Origin: Squalus acanthias
Taxonomy: Eukaryota
Length of the DNA: 64,000 nucleotides
Assembly: GCA_030390025.1 (NCBI GenBank)
Contig: CM059432.1
Span: 115,012,001 to 115,076,000, forward strand
Direction: 5' to 3'
In this document: piece by piece, positions 59,021 through 64,000 of the stretch
Numbering within the stretch: the stretch's first letter is position 1
Layout: each line of letters begins with the position of its first letter
The notes under the pieces: model-generated
The model's input: only the letters and a program-made list of their open reading frames with translations
Told to the model about the DNA's origin: nothing
Databases searched by the model: none
Made by a program: the position numbers and the translations under genes

Positions 59021-59189
59021 AACGCACAGTGCTATTACTCCCCACAGCTGAAACAACACACAGTGCGAACACACCCCAAAATTCAAGCAACGCACAGTGT
59101 TAACACACCCCAAAATTCAGGCAATGCATAATGTCAACATTCCCCAAAGTTCGGACCCACACAGAGCTGACACTCCCCACGGTTCAGAC
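59021..59189 (+). repeat. Diverged 33-34-bp monomers homologous to the satellite (array edge)
   Basis: Units 59021-59054 AACGCACAGTGCTATTACTCCCCACAGCTGAAAC, 59055-59088 AACACACAGTGCGAACACACCCCAAAATTCAAGC, 59089-59122 AACGCACAGTGTTAACACACCCCAAAATTCAGGC, 59123-59156 AATGCATAATGTCAACATTCCCCAAAGTTCGGAC and 59157-59189 CCACACAGAGCTGACACTCCCCACGGTTCAGAC align by eye to AACGCACAGTGCTAACAATCCCGATTTCAGAC. Confidence 0.85.
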
Positions 59190-59724
59190 AAGTGTTACAT
59201 TGGAGGTAGTAACATGCAGTGCAAACAGCAGAGGAGCCAATACTGTAGTAATGCTAACACACACATGGCCACAAGAAGCATGTATCTAGTCTGCTGACTA
59301 GAACTGGGCGGCATGGTTTCTTAGTTCTCTTTATGAGGAGGGAGTTGAGTGAGGTTATGTTAAAGTATGTTAGATTTGCTCCAACTGTCACTGGTCAGTA
59401 TGGGCAAATTCTGAAGTTGAGAGAATATCTACGACATCGTCCTGGCATCTCATGCATTCCAGGCACAATTACTCAGATGGCCTTAACATGGCCGGCAGGC
59501 ATGGGCCCAACAGACAGCAGCATTGCCTTCTACTCCAGAGCTGCAGGCAACCCAATGTTTTTTGCAATACAGGCAACAGCTCTTGGGAATGACAGGCAAC
59601 ACACACTGCACAGTGCCACCTCTTCACTCCTAGGGCTGCTCTGCCAGTTGTGTTACGTGTATCTATGAATGCTGCTCATCCTTCTTCCATTGCTCCTTCT
59701 CTTCCTCACTCAAAAAATAAAAAA

Positions 59725-59847
59725 TACAAGATAACTATGGATGATCAAGGCTAGTTGGCCCGCTTTGAATCAGGTGTTGATCCCTCTTTGTGTGAAGAAT
59801 GATTTCTTGATATCAGTTGTAAATTTAAATCTATGTCCTTTTGTCCT
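59725..59847 (-). mobile_element. Decayed CR1-type LINE 3' remnant (internally deleted)
   Basis: The minus strand of 59779-59847 translates RTKGHRFKFTTDIKKSFFTQRGI, matching the CR1 ORF2 C-terminal motif (compare RTRGHSLRI...KTEMRRNYFTQRVV in the ORF at 60378-62078). It is followed on the minus strand by GGGCCAACTAGCCTTGATCATCCATAGTTATCTT, which resembles a CR1 3' terminus. Confidence 0.65.
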
Positions 59848-59926
59848 ACATTGGGGATCCGTCTGTGGCTCCTCTTTGCTTTGGCCCCAGCACATCAATA
59901 TATCCCTTGTGCCTAAGTGACCAGCA

Positions 59927-60256
59927 GGTGGCCTGTCACTTTAATTCTCCGCTCCACTCCCACTCTGACCTCACCGTCCTCGGCCTCTTGCATTGTTCCA
60001 CGGAAGCTCAGCGTCAGCTCGAGGAACAGCACCTCATCTTTCGTTTAGGCACCCTACAGCCCTCGGGACTCAACATCGAGTTTAACAATTTCAGATCATA
60101 ACCTCGGCCCCTATCACATTTATATTTTTTTTATTTTATTTTTTCATCCACCCTTTTGTTTGGCCTTTTTTTTCCCTCCCAGAAGCTGGCAGCTGTCCTT
60201 CATTCTGCCAGCGCATCTCACACTTCATCTAGCCTCAACCTGTCACATTAACACCT
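59927..60256 (+). mobile_element. Penelope-like element, left part (C-terminus of GIY-YIG endonuclease and start of 3' UTR/pLTR), 5'-truncated
   Basis: 59928-60101 encodes VACHFNSPLHSHSDLTVLGLLHCSTEAQRQLEEQHLIFRLGTLQPSGLNIEFNNFRS*. This has the HF..H / E..I..L.T..P.GLN pattern of the PLE GIY-YIG C-terminal half and is followed by pyrimidine/T-rich UTR. Confidence 0.85.
59928..60101 (+). pseudogene. Penelope GIY-YIG endonuclease C-terminal fragment
   Basis: Last 57 codons of ORF 59841..60101. The N-terminal 29 residues of that ORF appear to be unrelated flank. Confidence 0.8.
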
Positions 60257-62075
60257 ACATAAGAACCATCTCCTGAACCTAACAGAATTGGACACACGAA
60301 ATAGGAGCAGGATCAGGCTACACGGCCCCTGGGCCCGCTACGCTACCCACAGGGCCATGACCGATCCGAACCTAGACTCATGTCCAAATTCCTGCCCGCT
60401 CCCCGTAACCCTTAATTCCCTTTACTTCTAGGAAACTGTCTATTTCTGTTTTAAATTTATGTAATGATGTAGCTTCTACAGCTTTTTGGGGCAACATATT
60501 CCATGGACCTACCACCCTCTGAGTGAAGTAGTTCCTTCTCATCTCAGTTTTGAAAGAGCAGCCCCTTATTCTAAGACTATGCCCCCTAGTTCTCGTTTCA
60601 CCCATCATCGGGAACATCCTCCCCGCATCCACCCGATCCAACCCCTTCACAATCTTATATGTTTCAATAAGATCGCCTCTCATTCTTCTGAACTCCAATG
60701 AGTAGAGTCCCAATCTACCCAACCTCTCCTCATATGTCCATCCCCTCATCCCCGGGATTAACCGAGTGAACCTTCTTTGTACTGACTCGAGAGCAAGTAT
60801 GTCTTTTCTTAAGTATGGACACCAAAACTGTATGCAGTATTCCAGGTGCGGTCTCACCAATACCTTGTACAACTGAAGCAATACCTCCCTTTTTTTATAT
60901 TCTATCCCCCTAGCAATGAAAGCCAACATTCCATTGGCCTTCTTAATCACTTGCTGCACCTGCATACTAACCTTTTGAGTTTCGTGCACCAGGACCCCCA
61001 GATCCCTTTGTACTTCAGTACTTTCCGGTTTCTTGCCATTAAAATAATAACTTGCTCTACTATTTTTCCTGCCAAAGTGCATAACCTCACACTTTCCAGT
61101 ATTGTATTCCATCTGCCAAATCTCTGCCCACTTACTTAGCCTGTCTATGTCCCCTTGCAGATTTTTTATGTCCTCCTCACTCACTACTTTCCCTCTCATC
61201 TTAGTATCATCTGCAAACTTTGATATGTTACACTCGGTCCCCTCCTCCAAATCGTTAATATAGATTGTAAAGAGTTGGGGACCCAGCACTGACCCCTGCG
61301 GAACACCACTAGTTACTGATTGCCAGTCTGAGAATGAACCATTTATCCCAACTCTCTGCCTTCTGTTAGATAGCCAATCCTCTATCCATGCCAGAATATC
61401 ACCCCCAATCCCGTGATTTTTTATCTTAAGCAATAATCTTTTGTGTGGCACCTTGTCAAATGCCTTTTGGAAGTCTAAATACACCACATCCACTGGTTCC
61501 CCTTTATCCACCCTGTATATTACTTCCTCAAAGAACTCCAGCAAATTTGTCAAACATGACTTCCCCTTCATAAAACCATGCTGACTTTGTCCTATTAAAT
61601 TATGATTATCCAAATGTCCCGTTACTGTCTCCTTAATAATGGACTCCAAAATTTTACCTACCACAGATGTTAGGCTAACCGGCCTATAGTTTCCAGCCTT
61701 CTGTCTACTGCCCTTTTTAAATAAGGGTGTTACATTAGCAGTTTTCCAGTCTGCCGGGATCTTTGCTGAGTCCAGGGAGTTTTGGAAAATTATTACCAAT
61801 GCATCCACAATCTCTACCGCCACTTCCCTCAAGACCCTAGGATGTAAGCCATCAGGTCCAGGTGATTTATCCACCTTCAGTCCCATTATTTTACCGAGTA
61901 CCACTTCCTTAGTGATTTTGATTGTGTTTAGCTCCTCCCGCCCTCGAGCCCCCTGTTTGTCCAGTGTTGGGATATTCTTAGTGTCCTCTACTGTAAAGAC
62001 TGATACAAAATATTCATTCAGTGTATTTGCCATCTCCATATTTCCCACCATTAATTTCCCGGTCCCATCCTCTAA
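60257..62075 (-). mobile_element. CR1-clade LINE, 5'-truncated, recent insertion with 8-bp TSD TAACACCT
   Basis: Contains the RT ORF and a ~120-bp 3' UTR ending in GTTCTTATGT (plus strand ACATAAGAAC 60257-60266). TSD TAACACCT lies at 60249-60256 and 62073-62080. Confidence 0.95.
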
Positions 62076-62078
62076 CAC
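60378..62078 (-). CDS. CR1 LINE ORF2 reverse transcriptase domain and C-terminus (truncated, no APE endonuclease; GTG start is from the flank)
   Basis: 566 codons without a stop. Motifs KSPGPDGLHPRVL, YRPVSLTS, QHGF, VYLDFQKAFD, SGVPQGSVLGP, SKFADD, VRPHLEYC, LESVQRR and TRGH are typical of CR1 non-LTR RT. Confidence 0.92.
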   Translation of the reverse strand: MLEDGTGKLMVGNMEMANTLNEYFVSVFTVEDTKNIPTLDKQGARGREELNTIKITKEVVLGKIMGLKVDKSPGPDGLHPRVLREVAVEIVDALVIIFQNSLDSAKIPADWKTANVTPLFKKGSRQKAGNYRPVSLTSVVGKILESIIKETVTGHLDNHNLIGQSQHGFMKGKSCLTNLLEFFEEVIYRVDKGEPVDVVYLDFQKAFDKVPHKRLLLKIKNHGIGGDILAWIEDWLSNRRQRVGINGSFSDWQSVTSGVPQGSVLGPQLFTIYINDLEEGTECNISKFADDTKMRGKVVSEEDIKNLQGDIDRLSKWAEIWQMEYNTGKCEVMHFGRKNSRASYYFNGKKPESTEVQRDLGVLVHETQKVSMQVQQVIKKANGMLAFIARGIEYKKREVLLQLYKVLVRPHLEYCIQFWCPYLRKDILALESVQRRFTRLIPGMRGWTYEERLGRLGLYSLEFRRMRGDLIETYKIVKGLDRVDAGRMFPMMGETRTRGHSLRIRGCSFKTEMRRNYFTQRVVGPWNMLPQKAVEATSLHKFKTEIDSFLEVKGIKGYGERAGIWT

Positions 62079-62080
62079 CT

Positions 62081-62370
62081 CCTCTTGACTTGATTATCTC
62101 TTAATGTCTCTCAATGTCTCTTAATCTCTCCTGCTTTCTATCCCACCACTGACCTTCCCCTTTGTTCTTTCATCCCCTCCCCCTTTTCCCAGCTTTATAC
62201 TTGCTTTAAATCTATTTCATTTCCTGCTTTTTTCCAGTTCTGACGAAAGGTCTTCGACCTGAAACGTTAACTCTGTTTCTCTCTCCACGGATGCTGCCTG
62301 GCCTGCTGAGTTTTTCCAGTGTTTTCTGTTGTTATTTCGGATTTCCAACATCCGCAGTATTTTGCTATCG
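62081..62370 (+). mobile_element. Penelope-like element, right part (pLTR/3' end with hammerhead)
   Basis: Continues directly after the TSD. A pyrimidine-rich tract is followed by CTGACGAAAGGTCTTCGACCTGAAACGTTAACTCTGTTTCTCTCTCCACGGATGCTGCCTGGCCTGCTGAG...CCAACATCCGCAGTATTTTGCT, which I recognise as a vertebrate PLE terminal sequence. Confidence 0.8.
62236..62272 (+). ncRNA. Minimal (type I) hammerhead ribozyme of the Penelope element
   Basis: Stem I is AGTT(62236-39)/AACT(62269-72). Core CTGACGA is 62240-46, followed by an extra A. Stem II is AGGTC-TTC-GACCT (62248-60), GAAA is 62261-64, and the palindromic AACGTT replaces stem III. Predicted cleavage is after GUU at 62268. Confidence 0.8.
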
Positions 62371-62837
62371 TACTACACAAGGGAGTCAAGGTGTGGTCCG
62401 AGCAGCAGACTGTTAACTTTGATCACAACTTGTGATGAAGAAGAGATACACTATGAATTCCGATTCTCCACAAATTGCTGGACGATTTGCGCAGCTCCGC
62501 CGTTAGCCTCGCCATTGAAATCAACTGAGTCATGAAATTGCTGGATTTACGCCATTAATGCACATTTAATCTCGCCGCAGCCATTTAGGGCTGATAATTC
62601 ATGTCATAAGGAAACTGTTAATGACATGATTTATGGTTCTGACATGAAACTCAACCTTGAAGGCCCAGAAAGGGAATAATGAAGCTGTCGAGTCTCACTC
62701 CAACAGGTAGTGAATTGTTCCTATAGGTTATTTTAAAAAACTTTTTACCTGCCTTTGCAATATTTTTGTGCCAGTCTTGCCATCCACGCTCCTGCTCATG
62801 TCCAAAGGCAATAATTTTCAGGATGCAAAGCTGTTTC

Positions 62838-63527
62838 GACACTCAGAAACGCAAATTACAGGAAACTCTCTTTTAACCGGCACCCAAATAACCGGAAATC
62901 TCTCTTAACCGGCAAAATTCTTGAGTAGGTAACCGGGGTTTTCCTTCATCTCTCCTTTAAAATTAACTTTAAAAAAAACCCCGAGGCGTTTGTCTTGTAT
63001 CGGAGCATGTAGATTGGGAGGGGAATGTGCAGCCCGGGTAGGCAGCGGACATGACAGATGGTCAGCTGGCGCTCCCCGGGGAGACGGAGCTCCGAATGCA
63101 GGCGCATGTCAGTGTGTACGGGGCTCTCGTACGTTGGGAGATATAACTCTCCGTTATCCGGACTTTTTGATTAACCGGCACCACGCCGGTCCCGTCGGTG
63201 CCGGTTAATAAAGAGTTTCCTGTAGATAGATTTCTTTCAGAAAATAATTTTGGGATGTGGTATATGAGTAGTTTGAGACATGATGTGGTAAGTGCAGCAT
63301 GCTTGGGATGAAAAGGTTGACTTAGGGACCTATGGCTTCCAAAGCTCTCTACCACTGGGGTTTTCCTCGCATAATTTCTGGGTCTTTTGTAGACTAATTG
63401 ATGGAGATTGATTGTTACGATTAGTCAATAACTCCATTATTGTTGTATTATGTGACTACCAGGATGGTAGATGGCGAACGAGATGGACCTTGGTCTTTTT
63501 TCAATTAGCAATTCCTATGTTCCTATG
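62838..63527 (+). mobile_element. Old CR1-type LINE 3' fragment interrupted by a MITE
   Basis: Removing the MITE and one TA rejoins AAACGCAAATTAGATAGATTTCTTTCAGAAAATAAT = KRKLDRFLSENN (compare KTEIDSFLEVKG). It ends GATGGACCTTGGTC...(TTCCTATG)x2 at 63512-63527. Degenerate TSD AAAGCTGTTTC 62827-62837 / AAAGCAGTTCC 63528-63538. Confidence 0.7.
62859..63222. mobile_element. Non-autonomous Tc1/mariner-superfamily (pogo/Tigger-like) MITE, 364 bp
   Basis: 26-bp TIRs CAGGAAACTCTCTTTTAACCGGCACC (62859-62884) and GGTGCCGGTTAATAAAGAGTTTCCTG (63197-63222), 24/26 identical. TA TSD at 62857-58 and 63223-24. Subterminal TAACCGG motifs are repeated and there is no transposase ORF. Confidence 0.92.
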
Positions 63528-64000
63528 AAAGCAGTTCCATTGTACCTGATGATGATGGGTGGGGCCACTAGTTCTATACTTCATGGGTCAAGAATGTATG
63601 TACATTTCGCACACCTACCCTGCAATTCACTCATTAACTTCTCAAGCACCAAAACATCAATTCCCAAACACAACTGGGTTACAATGTCCTCTTCTTCTGA
63701 TTCTTCTTTTTAATTTTTTTCGTACTTTTCCCCTCGTCTCTTTTTATTAATCCACTCTCTTTCCTTCACTCTCTTTAGTTCTCTTCTGTATCTAATTTGA
63801 CTCAAAAATCACCCTATTTCCTTCTCTGTCATTCGTTCTGTTTCTTTCTCTATCCTTTTCTTTCATTGGTTAAGGAGATCACTGTGATTATTTGCAACGG
63901 GTCTTCTGCGTCCTTCTGTGCATGCAGGCTGTATGGGGGGCATGTGGAGAAGGTCAGGGTTTCAGAGGGGGGAGATGTGGAGAGGAGCTCGGAGGGGCAA

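Larger units (their letters stand above)
1..59034 (+). repeat. Tandem satellite/minisatellite array, 32-bp monomer, ~1,840 copies, continues beyond the window's left edge
   Basis: Monomer AATCC(C/T)GATTTCAG[ACAACG|ACAAAG|ACAGAG|ACAATG|ATTAAG|GTTAAG|CTTAAG]CACAG(T/C)(G/A)CTAAC. AATCCCGATT recurs at 1, 33, 481 and 961 (period 32). All copies are in one orientation. The last canonical copy ends ...AACGCACAGTGCTA at 59034. Confidence 0.99.

Noticed and set aside
1..59034. CRISPR array (repeat-like constant part plus variable part)
   Set aside because: The variable part is only ~6 bp drawn from a handful of recurring variants. There are no unique 25-45-bp spacers and no cas genes, and the context is eukaryotic TEs.
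1..59034. Coding tandem repeat (mucin- or zinc-finger-like)
   Set aside because: The period of 32 is not a multiple of 3. TAA on the plus strand and TAG/TGA on the minus strand close every frame within about three monomers.
1..59034. Telomeric repeat, or canonical 12/23 RSS array of an antigen-receptor locus
   Set aside because: There are no TTAGGG tracts, no ACAAAAACC nonamer at 12 or 23 bp, and no V, D or J segments. Only the heptamer match is retained as a finding.
59097..59668. ORFs of 66 and 111 aa in the array flank
   Set aside because: No recognisable motifs. The first overlaps the degenerate repeat units, and the lengths are compatible with chance. An exon cannot be excluded without RNA data.
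60486..61139. Plus-strand ORFs of 71 and 97 aa
   Set aside because: Antisense shadows of the CR1 RT frame.
60378..62078. Retron, group II intron or domesticated RT gene linked to the repeat array
   Set aside because: Motifs, 3' tail and TSD identify an ordinary 5'-truncated CR1 copy. It is inserted in another TE 1.2 kb from the array, with no sequence link to the monomer.
62329..63750. Six short ORFs (63-97 aa) on both strands
   Set aside because: They cross TE boundaries or lie within MITE/CR1 remnants, and have no transposase or other domain motifs.
63925..64000. G-rich end as a G-quadruplex or new repeat
   Set aside because: Truncated by the window edge, with only a loose ATGTGGAGA duplication and widely spaced G-runs. 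The evidence is insufficient.

Overview
Eukaryotic, non-genic window. Bases 1-59034 are one uninterrupted head-to-tail satellite/minisatellite array of a 32-bp monomer (consensus AATCCCGATTTCAGACAACGCACAGTGCTAAC, roughly 1,840 copies). It varies at a few fixed positions, and those variants reveal several higher-order repeat (HOR) domains and kb-scale tandem duplications. Most monomers carry CACAGTG, the consensus V(D)J RSS heptamer, but there is no properly spaced nonamer. The array ends in about five diverged 33-34-bp relatives that look like its precursor. The last ~4.3 kb is a stack of nested transposons. A Penelope-like element (GIY-YIG C-terminus plus a minimal hammerhead ribozyme) is split by a young 5'-truncated CR1 LINE with an intact 566-codon RT frame and an 8-bp TSD. 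An old CR1 3' fragment is split by a TA-flanked Tc1/mariner (pogo/Tigger-type) MITE, and a further decayed CR1 remnant lies nearby. The element mix suggests a vertebrate, most plausibly a cartilaginous fish; this is inference and was not verified. No host protein-coding gene, CRISPR array, tRNA or rRNA is supported. A stretch at ~9.3-13.7 kb looks like assembly/consensus error.
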